From Glycera tridactyla (lineage: Eukaryota): DNA of 64,000 bases. This document shows, one piece after another, positions 13,151-23,173 of the stretch. How positions within the stretch are numbered: the stretch's first letter is position 1; each line of letters starts with the position of its first letter. Where the stretch lies: positions 1,116,001 through 1,180,000 of the forward strand of contig OZ286467.1 of the NCBI GenBank assembly GCA_965644265.1, in the 5' to 3' direction. The position numbers were made by a program, and so were the translations under genes. The notes under the pieces are model-generated. The model saw only the letters and a list, made by a program, of their open reading frames with translations, searched no databases and had not been told where the DNA came from.

Positions 13151-14033
13151 TTCTGAGATTGTGTGATACAACTGGATAAAGTGGCATCTTGTGTTTCTGA
13201 GAATGTGTGATACAACTGGATAAAGTGGCATCTTGTGTTTCTGAGATTGTATGATACAACTGGATAAAGTGGCATCTTGTGTTTCTGAGATTGTATGATA
13301 CAACTGGATAAAGTGGCATCTTGTGTTTCTGAGATTGTGTGATACAACTGGATAAAGTGGCATCTTGTGTTTCTGAGATTGTGTGATACAACTGGATAAA
13401 GTGGCATCTTGTGTTTCTGAGATTGTGTGATACAACTGGATAAAGTGGCATCTTGTGTTTCTGAGATTGTATGATACAACTGGATAAAGTGGCATCTTGT
13501 GTTTCTGAGATTGTGTGATACAACTGGATAAAGTGGCATCTTGTGTTTCTGAGATTGTGTGATACAACTGGATAAAGTGGCATCTTGTGTTTCTGAGATT
13601 GTGTGATACAACTGGATAAAGTGGCATCTTGTGTTTCTGAGATTGTGTGATACAACTGGATAAAGTGGCATCTTGTGTTTCTGAGATTGTGTGATACAAC
13701 TGGATAAAGTGGCATCTTGTGTTTCTGAGATTGTGTGATACAACTGGATAAAGTGGCATCTTGTGTTTCTGAGATTGTGTGATACAACTGGATAAAGTGG
13801 CATCTTGTGTTTCTGAGATTGTGTGATACAACTGGATAAAGTGGCATCTTGTGTTTCTGAGATTGTGTGATACAACTGGATAAAGTGGCATCTTGTCTTT
13901 CTGAGATTGTGTGATACAACTGGATAAAGTGGCATCTTGTCTTTCTGAGATTGTGTGATACAACTGGATAAAGTGGCATCTTATGTTTCTGAGATTGTGT
14001 GATACAACTGGATAAAGTGGCATCTTGTCTTTC
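13151..14033. repeat. 44-bp minisatellite, ~20 copies
   Basis: Unit ttctgagattgtgtgatacaactggataaagtggcatcttgtgt; runs into the V5 acceptor. Confidence 0.95.
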
Positions 14034-14043
14034 TTGCTTGCAG

Positions 14044-14463
14044 AGGGAAGGCTCACTGTATTGTTCACACTGTACAGTCCCACTCACACACCGGGATGAG
14101 TTGGATGCCCATATTATGCAAGCCCATCCCGGTCTCACCATCACAGACAGGAATACGTGCAAGTTCTGCGGTGCTTCATTTGCGTGCCGCCAAAACCTCC
14201 GTCGACATGAAGCACGCAAACATGGTGGCCCAAAAGTGTACAGATGCCCTGAAGCCAAATGCGGCAAAATGTACTCCTTGAAAGAGGACTTACTGTTTCA
14301 TATGCGGCGTTCAGGACATAGTCCACACATGTTGCGACCCCCGGTGGAAGTGAACACTTCACCAAATACTCACGGGTTTGATCAGCATCTTGGGCAAATG
14401 CAAGAGCCAGTGCTACCCAATTTTCAGGGTGACAGGAGCTCAGATTTTTTGTCGCGCAAATAA
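14044..14463 (+). CDS. Variable terminal exon V5: class A three-finger C2H2
   Basis: Acceptor tctttcttgcttgcag ends at 14043, phase 0 (REGSLYC...). Fingers CSHC..HIMQAH, CKFC..HEARKH, CPEAKC..HMRRSGH. AATAAA overlaps the stop (14459-14464). Confidence 0.88.
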   Translation, partial: REGSLYCSHCTVPLTHRDELDAHIMQAHPGLTITDRNTCKFCGASFACRQNLRRHEARKHGGPKVYRCPEAKCGKMYSLKEDLLFHMRRSGHSPHMLRPPVEVNTSPNTHGFDQHLGQMQEPVLPNFQGDRSSDFLSRK

Positions 14464-14560
14464 ACATGACTGGATCCATGGTGCAGGGATAGGAGTGTTC
14501 TGTGGATGGGTCACTTTTCAACTGGAAAATTGTGAATGTATCTCACTTAACTGATCATTA

Positions 14561-14870
14561 TGTCTCCCCCCCCCTGATGGGGGAGACATATAGAATTCGT
14601 ATTGTCCGTCTGTCCGTCTGTCCGTCTGTCCGTCTGTCCGTCTGTCCGTCTGTCTGTCACAAAACCTTGTGAGCACGATTGCAGCAAAACTACTCATCCG
14701 AATTGGATGAAATTTGGAGGGCATATCCCTTGGGATAGTCCAATGAACTGATTAGATTTTGGTCCATGTGACATAATTTTCAAGATCACCAGAGGCCTAA
14801 ATTTCACCAAAATTTCACCAAAGAGGTACCAACCTTAATTAAACTCAGTCCCTATTGTGACCTTCCCGAA
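14561..14870 (+). mobile_element. HINE-like element 5' portion (probably continuing past the gap to ~15700)
   Basis: tgtctcccc...ggggagaca short inverted repeat followed by (GTCC/GTCT)n, as in the 25386 element. ggtcaaaggtcaaggtcac motif near 15665. Confidence 0.55.
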
Positions 14871-15001
14871 ATGAACTACTTCTGTTGCCTCTCCATGAAT
14901 GGTTATGTAACATTCTTCCGGTCATACAATGCTCCTTGGTTATGCTTCAATGACTTCTGGTTGATTTCATCTCCCCTCTCTCCTCAAACAAAAGCCCAAA
15001 A

Positions 15002-15146
15002 NNNNNNNNNNNNNNNNNNNNNNNNNNNNNNNNNNNNNNNNNNNNNNNNNNNNNNNNNNNNNNNNNNNNNNNNNNNNNNNNNNNNNNNNNNNNNNNNNNN
15101 NNNNNNNNNNNNNNNNNNNNNNNNNNNNNNNNNNNNNNNNNNNNNN
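15002..15146. other. Assembly gap (others: 23922-24190, 30063-30419, 33278-33648)
   Basis: Runs of N. Confidence 1.
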
Positions 15147-16469
15147 TGGCTACCATACTTGTGATATTGGTATCCAATTGCTGTTAGCAATTTGAGAGTT
15201 ATGGCTACACCCCCCCCCCCCCCCCACCCCCTATTGGTTGGGTGGTCGAAAGAAATGATGGTTTCCGTACAATAACTTCATGAATCTCAGGGCTTGCTGT
15301 CTCAAACTTTGTGTACCTTCTTTCCTAGACTATAGATTTACATCTTGAATTTCAAGGTCACTGAGTGCAAAATTGTTTTCCGGACAATGATTTCATGAGT
15401 TTCGGGGGTAGCCTTCTCAAACTTGGTGTACAGCCTCTCATAGACTATGGCAACACACCCATCTATTTTTTAGTGGCCATCTTCAATTTCAAGGTCACTT
15501 AATGGAAAATGGTCAAAAGAGTTTCTGGACAATCACTTCATAAATTACAGGGGTGGCTTTGACAAACTTGGTGTACAGACATTCCCAGGCTATGGCAAGA
15601 TTTTGGGGTTGCCATCTCAGTGTGCATCTACAGGCTAGTGGTGATACACAGGTATGGTGCCAAAAGGTCAAAGGTCAAGGTCACACAAGCTATTTTCAGA
15701 ATTTGAGAATATGGACAAATCTCACTTGGTGAATTGTTCTAGTTTCCTGGGTCACTGATCAAGACCTTGTCAGCAAGATTCCACTCAAACCCCTGACCCA
15801 AATTCAACTGAACTTCTCTGATGCCTGGGCATATTCTCGAGGACAAATCCTACACAAGAAGACCCCCCCCCCCCCCCCCTGTACCCCAGTACACCTCATA
15901 CCCCAGGACACATTTTCATACTCATGACTAGGTATACTACATCATTGGTCACTCAAAGGATAGTTGTCAACCAATGATGTCTAGCTTTTCAGTGCGCATG
16001 CTCACTTGAAGATGAATAAGCAAGCAGGTGGACCCAGGCATGTATGCAGGTAGTGAATAATTACAAAGTCTGGGGGAGACATATTGAGTGAGGAGGTGCC
16101 TCACTAAAATTCTAGTTTGATGCAGCTGCTGTATGAATAAAAAAAACCTTGAGGTCTGCAATGCATTTTTTTCTCTCAAAAAAATTTTGATTTCAGGCTG
16201 AGCAGTGACCGCAGGAGTCGAATTCCCAATTTTAAATTTTGAATGAGCTATGATCAAATTTTGTGAAATGCTGGAGGATATAATTTATATTTAGAAAAAC
16301 AGATTCTGAAATATTCTGCTATGAGGATTTGCCGAATGGGGGAATATTTGCTCAGTGTTGTTTTAGTTATAGACATTTATTTTTTGAACATCGCCATTTT
16401 TCTCGAAATATATGTTGGGACTTGTTGGTGTGTATTCTGATTGGAGTGTTCGTCTGCCTTCCCTTGCAG

Positions 16470-16745
16470 AGACTATGCGTCAAGTGTGGAACCAGGTTCA
16501 GTTCGTCTTACGCTCTATCAGAACACCTGGCAGCTGTACATGGCAAAAGACATTGCGTCTGTCCAGAATGTGGCGATGCGTTCGCTTGCAAGCAAAACTT
16601 GAGACGTCACCGAATGCGGCGTCACGGCGGTGTCAAGTTGTATCAATGCCCAGAATGCGTTTACAGTTACGCGATCAAGGATGATCTTGTGTTTCACTGC
16701 CGCCGCCTTAGACACCGCTTGCCCGACAACTGGGGCATTGGATAA
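16470..16745 (+). CDS. Variable terminal exon V6: class A three-finger C2H2
   Basis: Acceptor ctgccttcccttgcag ends at 16469, phase 0 (RLCVKC...). Fingers CVKC..HLAAVH, CPEC..HRMRRH, CPEC..YAIKDDLVFHCRRLRH. Confidence 0.88.
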   Translation, partial: RLCVKCGTRFSSSYALSEHLAAVHGKRHCVCPECGDAFACKQNLRRHRMRRHGGVKLYQCPECVYSYAIKDDLVFHCRRLRHRLPDNWGIG

Positions 16746-17366
16746 AATCACCAGGTGGCGGTTCACTACTGCATTTCACCTTCATTTAGGAACCCATGAG
16801 GATGAGACTTGAATGATTCAACCAATGCATATAGCCTAGGTGTCTCAATATAGCCCAGATGGTACTTATAGCACTGCCATGAGATTGAACTTGAATGCAG
16901 TCTGATATGTCTACTTTTTACATTCATGGTCTCCCAGCGGCCTTTCCTGTGCTATTTTCACATTATCATCAATTATTTAGTATGTGTTAGAGGTGTTTAT
17001 GAACTGCCAGATATATCCACTTTACAACCATTCTAGTTCCCCACCTTGTTGCGTTCAGGGGTTGTGTGAGTGATGTCTGCAGAGGGGACAGAATATTCCA
17101 CTGTCATAGATGAGGAACACATGGCATACATAATCCACTGGGCCGACACATGCTGTTAAACTCTAATATATCAATCAATCATTTGGTCGATCACATTAAC
17201 AGTCTTTCCCAACTGAGTCAGGTAGCTCTCAATTCAAATTATGTACAAAATGTCTGATACTGATTGGGACTGAACAGTAATTTAAACATTGATTTATGTG
17301 ATATTTGAATCAGAGAATAATAACTAGTGAATATATTCACTCATAGACTGCTCATTGTGATTGCAG

Positions 17367-17660
17367 AGTTTTGTTACAACCACCTGGGACAGCTGGCTAA
17401 GTCAAGGGTCTCCGTCTGTAGGCCAGAAGCAAATGAGCAAGGTTGATAAACGACGAAAATTCCAGTGTATGATTTGTGGCGACCTGTTTGTGCAGAAAGT
17501 TTGTGTGCAGAAGCACATGTTGCGCAAGCACGGCGGAGAGCGTACCTTCAAGTGTACGCAGTGCGAGAAAACTTATGCTTGGAAATTTGACTTGATGAAC
17601 CATATGAAACGTACGGGACATGTGACTCGGGACGCGTCACTCGGTAATCATCTGGCGTAG
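17367..17660 (+). CDS. Variable terminal exon V7: class A two-finger C2H2
   Basis: Acceptor ctcattgtgattgcag ends at 17366, phase 0. CMICGDLFVQKVCVQKHMLRKHGGERTFKCTQCEKTYAWKFDLMNHMKRTGH. Confidence 0.87.
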   Translation, partial: SFVTTTWDSWLSQGSPSVGQKQMSKVDKRRKFQCMICGDLFVQKVCVQKHMLRKHGGERTFKCTQCEKTYAWKFDLMNHMKRTGHVTRDASLGNHLA

Positions 17661-17675
17661 GATTACACGCTGCAG

Positions 17676-18085
17676 GACCACAGATTTGGACAGAATGATC
17701 ACGAGATTCTGATTTTATAACCCATCTGATAGCTCAGCTGACCACAGATTGAAACTGAATGATCACGAGATCCTGATTTTATAACCTATCTGATAGCTCA
17801 GCTGACCATAGATTTAGACTGAATGATCACGAGATCCTGATTTTATAACCTATCTGATAGCTCAGCTGACCATAGATTTAGACTGAATGATCACGAGATC
17901 CTGATTTTATACCTATCTGATAGCTCAGCTGACCACAGATTTAGACTGAATGATCACGAGATCCTGATTTTATAACCTATCTGATAGCTCAGCTGACCAC
18001 AGATTTAGACAGAATGATCACGAGATTCTGATCTTATAACCTATCTGATAGCTCAGCTGACCACAGATTTAGACAGAATGAGCTA
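17676..18085. repeat. ~64-bp minisatellite, ~6 copies
   Basis: Unit gaccacagatttagactgaatgatcacgagatcctgattttataacctatctgatagctcagct, starting just after the V7 stop. Confidence 0.92.
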
Positions 18086-18410
18086 AACACACTGAGATTC
18101 TCATATTCTGGGAAGTAATGTCTCAGATGGACTGCAGATTTCCATGTTCTTTAGTTACCATCTTTCTCCTAGTGTTGTAAATCTTCTGTGGCGAGGATCA
18201 AATAAACCAAACTATGTAATGAAATGTTCTCGTATGCGAGGAAAGTTGAATCTTGCTCCTCTGTGGGCTTGATGTCATTCGTTTCTGTTCGGTTCTTCGA
18301 CTCTTTACTTAGATTGCTTGGCAACATGTAGTCGGGGAGAATGACTTGGACATAAATATGATCGGAGCTGTATTCTCTGGTTGTTGTAAGCATTCTTCCG
18401 TCCTTTAGAG

Positions 18411-18728
18411 AGAGATCTCATCTCATCACCAGGGGGGAGTTCACATTTTCAAAGAGCTGGTCGGCTTCATGCTGCAAACAGTCGTGAAATGACTCCTATC
18501 AAAAGCACTGGCAGATACCCTTGTTCATTTTGCAATGAAAGCTTCACGCAGGCTAGCAATATGCGACGTCATCAGCAGCGTCGTCATGGCAGCATTAAGA
18601 GGTTTGCTTGTTCCACTTGCCCGTTGGGGTATGCATGGAAGGGCGATCTTGTTGCTCATTGTAAACAGCTGGATCATGTACCACAGATTGCCCAATATCC
18701 CATGAGTCAGTTGCCCAATATCCCATGA
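18411..18728 (+). CDS. Variable terminal exon V8: class A two-finger C2H2; acceptor uncertain, possibly degenerate
   Basis: Open frame 18390-18728 encodes CSFCNESFTQASNMRRHQQRRHGSIKRFACSTCPLGYAWKGDLVAHCKQLDH. The position matching the V9 acceptor reads TGTAA instead of TTTAG. The only phase-0 AG found is tcctttagAG ending at 18410. Confidence 0.7.
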   Translation, partial: RDLISSPGGSSHFQRAGRLHAANSREMTPIKSTGRYPCSFCNESFTQASNMRRHQQRRHGSIKRFACSTCPLGYAWKGDLVAHCKQLDHVPQIAQYPMSQLPNIP

Positions 18729-19035
18729 GTCAGTTGCCCAATATCCCATGAGTCAGTTGCCCAATATCCCATGAGTCAGTTGCCCAATATCCCATGAGCT
18801 AGTTGCCCAATATCCCACGAGCAAGTTGCCCAATATCCCACAAGCGAGTTGCCCAATATCTCATGAGCAAGTTGCCCAATATCCCATGAGCGAGTTGCCC
18901 AGTATCCCATGAGCGAGTTGCCCAGTATCCCATGAGCAAGTTGCCCAATATCCCATGAGCGAGTTGCCCAGTATCCCATGAGCGAGTTGCCCAGTATCCC
19001 ATGAGCGAGTTGCCCAGTATCCCATGAGCGAGTTG
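18688..19035. repeat. 23-bp minisatellite, ~15 copies
   Basis: Unit gttgcccaatatcccatgagtca; starts inside the V8 coding tail. Confidence 0.93.
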
Positions 19036-19143
19036 GTATAGATCCAATCTTGGTATCTGTCCAGTGGCATGATGCCTGTCCATTAATTTCACCCAATGAT
19101 ACGCCATATATCTCGGTGCTTTTATTTTTCACCATAAGTATTT

Positions 19144-19309
19144 TACAGTCGAACCTCTCTATAAAGACCGCCCTCGGTCACATAAAAAAAGTGTCCTTCA
19201 TAGGGAGGTGGTCTTTATGGAGAAGTCATTTACTATTGAAAATACTACCACAGTTGCAGCTCAGGGTGGCCTTTATAGAGAGGTGGTCTTTAGAGGAGGT
19301 TCGACTGTA
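19144..19309. mobile_element. MITE family 1 copy
   Basis: tacagtcgaacc ... ggttcgactgta. Confidence 0.8.
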
Positions 19310-19538
19310 TATGACATGTGCCAAGCTATTTCACTGCCAAGATTTCTCCCGTCCTTGTATTAGCTGATGATCACATTCTTCTGGATGATGAAATCGGGAT
19401 TGATTTCCTGTAGAAGACAAGCAACCAGCTGGATACATCGCTGTCATGCTTCAAAATATATGCTGCATGATAGGATGGATTCTTACAAATTTGGGAAGAC
19501 GCAATTATGATAGGAGTTGTATTTTCTGGTTGTTTTAG

Positions 19539-19826
19539 GCATTCATCAGTCCTTTAGAGACACCACCTATGCCACCATCTGGGAGTTCATATTTTCAAAG
19601 AGCTTGGTCTCATCCCGCTCAAAGCACCGGCAGGTACCCATGTATATTTTGCGATAAGAGTTTCACTCGATCGGGGAGCTTGCAGCGCCACCAGCAGCGT
19701 CGACATGGTGGTGTTAAGAGGTTCGCATGTTCCAGTTGCTCCTTGGCGTATGCTTGGAAAAGTGATCTTGTCGCCCATTGTAAACAGCTGGGTCATGTGC
19801 CACAAAGTGATCTCAAAATTCCATGA
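19539..19826 (+). CDS. Variable terminal exon V9: class A two-finger C2H2, close paralogue of V8
   Basis: Acceptor ttttctggttgttttag ends at 19538, phase 0 (AFISPLETPPMPP...). CIFCDKSFTRSGSLQRHQQRRHGGVKRFACSSCSLAYAWKSDLVAHCKQLGH. Confidence 0.87.
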   Translation, partial: AFISPLETPPMPPSGSSYFQRAWSHPAQSTGRYPCIFCDKSFTRSGSLQRHQQRRHGGVKRFACSSCSLAYAWKSDLVAHCKQLGHVPQSDLKIP

Positions 19827-20560
19827 GCAAGTTGGTATGAATCCAGTCTTGGTGTCCATCAATGGACCTGATGCATGCCAATCTATTCAACTTGATTACC
19901 TGACATGACTTGTGATTACCGCTATTGTTTTGACGGATGCAAATAATGATCTGATTGCCAATTACAAAATCCAGTCGGATCAATCAGCACTAGTCATTGC
20001 GATCATGGATCACCAAAATAAACTTTCGTGAGCAGAGTGACCCGAGAAATATCAAGCATTTGTTGAAAATGATGAGTATTGTCTACACCTCAGGTCTCCA
20101 CTTTGGCCAAAATAGGAGCTGGCTGGAACAATTAGGAGCCCAATGCTTGAAAATAAGTCATTAGGACCGAATAAATGATACATACCTGTGCTGACGGGAG
20201 TTTCCTCCTCACAGGTTTGAAGATGGGATGTCCGTATCCTGAATGATTTCTTTACAAATCGAGGAAGAATTTGCCCGCTAGCCTCCACGGCTGTAGAACC
20301 TGACGGTGATTCAGACACGACTTCTGCCAACATACGTCTTTTCTTTACGAGTTGAAACAGTTGAGATTTATTGAGCTCACATTCTGAATGATAACATTCA
20401 AATCCTCGTCATCTGTTTGTGTAGCGCCCTCGCAAAAACTCTTTGGAATATTTGCGCAGAAAGTGTGAAATAAGGCGTGGCATTATCATGATGGGTCTTA
20501 TTTGGTGATTGTGGGATCAAGCTCTGCTGGTAGTCGATGCACAGTGAAGGAAAATGACAG

Positions 20561-20726
20561 TACAGTCGAACCTCCTTATAAAGACCGCCTTCGGTCGCAC
20601 CAAAAAAGTGGCCTTTATATGGAGGTGGTCTTTATAGAGAGGTCATTTACTGTAGAAATTACTACCACGGTCGCAGTTCAGGGCGGTCTTTATAGAGAGG
20701 TGGTCTTTAGAGGAGGTTCGACTGTA
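20561..20726. mobile_element. MITE family 1 copy
   Basis: tacagtcgaacc ... ggttcgactgta. Confidence 0.8.
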
Positions 20727-20997
20727 TATTTATTCTTCAATATAAGCATATAAGGTGGTCATGAAGGAGAACTGATAATTGTATTTTAGATTGCCAAAAA
20801 CTAAATTGTGTCAAATTGTCACTGGATTATCTCCAAATGACTGCTGCCATCTTTTCCTGATTGAATGCTGTCTGAAGTTTAGAGAGAGTGATACATAGGA
20901 GTGGTGAAAAACCTGCATGACGTTTTTAATTGTGGTTGAATAGGCGAGGGAGCGAGTAAATGTTGCTTGCACTGACATGACTTTATTGTCTTTGCAG

Positions 20998-21273
20998 GCT
21001 GTGTGCCCTGTGTGTAAGAAAGCTTTTGGTCGGCCAGACGCTCTCCGGAAGCATTATCGCGAGGTGCACCTCCGCATGAGGAAATTCTTCTGCCAGCAAT
21101 GTCAGATTAGTTTCGGGCAGAGCATAAATTTGAAACGACACATGATGCGTCGTCATGGTGGACAACGCATTCATGCATGCACACAATGCGAGTTCTCGTA
21201 TGCACTCAAAGAAGATCTCTTGGCACATCTGAAACGAACCGGACATGTTCTCCAGCCTAATCAGGAGTCATGA
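20998..21273 (+). CDS. Variable terminal exon V10: class A three-finger C2H2
   Basis: Acceptor ctttattgtctttgcag ends at 20997, phase 0 (AVCPVC...). Last finger CTQCEFSYALKEDLLAHLKRTGH. Confidence 0.88.
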   Translation, partial: AVCPVCKKAFGRPDALRKHYREVHLRMRKFFCQQCQISFGQSINLKRHMMRRHGGQRIHACTQCEFSYALKEDLLAHLKRTGHVLQPNQES

Positions 21274-22459
21274 ACCGTTTACTCACTGGTGAATGAAATA
21301 CATCTCCGTTTATTCTGATTTCAAATATCCTTGCTGGCACCTTTGGTCCAATGGACAGTTCTGCGGATGGCTCGCATTGGTAGCACAGACCTCACATTAG
21401 TATATCGAAATTCTTATGTAATGGAAAGATCCACGGTACTCACAGTGGTTTAGGGAAAGTCGGAACTTCCAGAGCCCATCCAGACTCTCCTCAGTGAGTT
21501 GGTACTGTCATGTGACCTCCGGATCTTGTTGGGATCACGTGATTGAGACCAAACTTGAGAGGATGAGTGCTTCATGTATACCCTAAAACCTGCCTTGTTG
21601 GCCTAACAGGCAAATTTATTGTTAGGGCAGGTAGATTTGTCAGTCTGCCTGCCTGATGGGCAGGTATATCTTTGGTTAAATGCAAACAGACAGTTGAAAA
21701 CGTTTTGAAGGGCTGGTGAGAATTTGACCTTGCCCACTTGAAGGTCAATGTAGAGAATGAAGATGATGCTGTGTACTGTAGAGAAGATTCTCGGTACTAA
21801 TGGAAGGCAAGTTGTTGAGTAGCTGTTGAGGTAAAGTGTCCTCACCCCTTCGGTGGCAAAAGCGATGATTGGATCCCTACCACGTGACAAGTTGTGAAGC
21901 TCCCGGTTAATGGCCGGGAGGGTGTGTCGGCCCATGTCCCTATTCAGTGATGGGTGCTCCTGGTTGATTCGACTGCTTATTGAGAAACTTTCATGGTTCC
22001 AATGTAATCATAATTTGGCCAGTCATAAGAGTAGTGTGCAGATAGGAGCGTGGCCTGTATTGGGGACATTTTAACTGCAACAAGAAGCAGCCCAGCATCT
22101 GAGGATTGAGATTTCATTTCGACATGCACCTATGTGTGGTCATGATCACCCACAATGCTTCACCGATAATTCTCTTCAATAAATGATGTCAAATTCTGAT
22201 GTTACTTGACACTTGTCTTTTGATCTGATATTTGTGGTAAGTAATTGGTTTCAAAACAAGCCATATCTGCAATTTGTACTTGGGCTTTTTATCATCATGC
22301 CTCCACCCGGTAAATTCCCTGCATGTTAGGAGAACACACTTGGTGCTTGGGTGCAACTAACGTGGCTTTTTGCTCGCCTGATTTGAGGGGACCCACTACT
22401 CCCCCGCACACTTGATGATTCTGGATGACTGATGCGTGGTTTCATCTTCTGTATTGCAG

Positions 22460-23173
22460 TTTATACTACAACAGCTGGATCTGTTGTCGCAGTCCTCGCC
22501 CGTTGGAACGGGCAGTCACCAGTGTCCCGAATGTGGGAAGCGCTATAGCTTCCAGCATGCCATGAAGCGCCACATGGATATCAAACATGGCAGCCGGCGT
22601 CGGCTCTGGTCTTGCATTCATTGCGGCCGTTCGTTCACGCGCCAGGACAGCCTGCTTCGGCACAAGCTCCTTGTGCACAAAGTCGAGAATGAATTTCGGT
22701 GTCCCCACAATTGTGGATTCAGCACCCATCAGGCTCGGGCACTCAATTTGCATCTGATGGCCAAATGCACAAACTCGCCTCTCTTCGATGTGGCGCACAT
22801 ACTTTCTGATCAGGCGTCCGGCAGTCTCAATTTAATGCATGCTTTAGTTCCGGTTGCTGAACCCAACACTGTTCCCTCATCTCAGACAGTGTCGTTTGTT
22901 CCCCATTTGTCAGAACTGACATATACGATGAAGACTTCTCCCGATGCAAAACCAGTTGCCGCCCCAGTTGCCGGGGTGGCGTCTCAGCTTCATATGCAGC
23001 CTACACCCACCCCAAAACATGTGTCAGTCTCTCAGGCAGATTTACCAGATGGTACACCAGTTGCCAGGGTGGGATCTCAGCTTCATGTCCAGCCATCACC
23101 TACACCAGACCATGTGTCAGTCTCTCAGCCAGATTTATCTGGTGAAGAACATCCACCACATGCTGCGAATTAG
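22460..23173 (+). CDS. Variable terminal exon V11: class B (two C2H2 plus one C2HC finger) with Pro/Ser-rich tail
   Basis: Acceptor tcttctgtattgcag ends at 22459, phase 0. CPEC..HMDIKH, CIHC..HKLLVH, CPHNCGFSTHQARALNLHLMAKC. Tail has two copies of a ~30-aa repeat (PVA.V.SQLH.QP.PTP.HVSVSQ.DL). Confidence 0.87.
   Translation, partial: FILQQLDLLSQSSPVGTGSHQCPECGKRYSFQHAMKRHMDIKHGSRRRLWSCIHCGRSFTRQDSLLRHKLLVHKVENEFRCPHNCGFSTHQARALNLHLMAKCTNSPLFDVAHILSDQASGSLNLMHALVPVAEPNTVPSSQTVSFVPHLSELTYTMKTSPDAKPVAAPVAGVASQLHMQPTPTPKHVSVSQADLPDGTPVARVGSQLHVQPSPTPDHVSVSQPDLSGEEHPPHAAN

Noticed and set aside
12963-14267. Three long minus-strand ORFs (434, 278, 316 aa)
   Set aside because: They are translations of the 44-bp minisatellite (44-aa period = 3 units), which lacks stops on that strand.
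20100-20500. GC-richer patch between V9 and V10 as a hidden exon
   Set aside because: The candidate acceptors I tried lead to early stops or short peptides with no finger motif.
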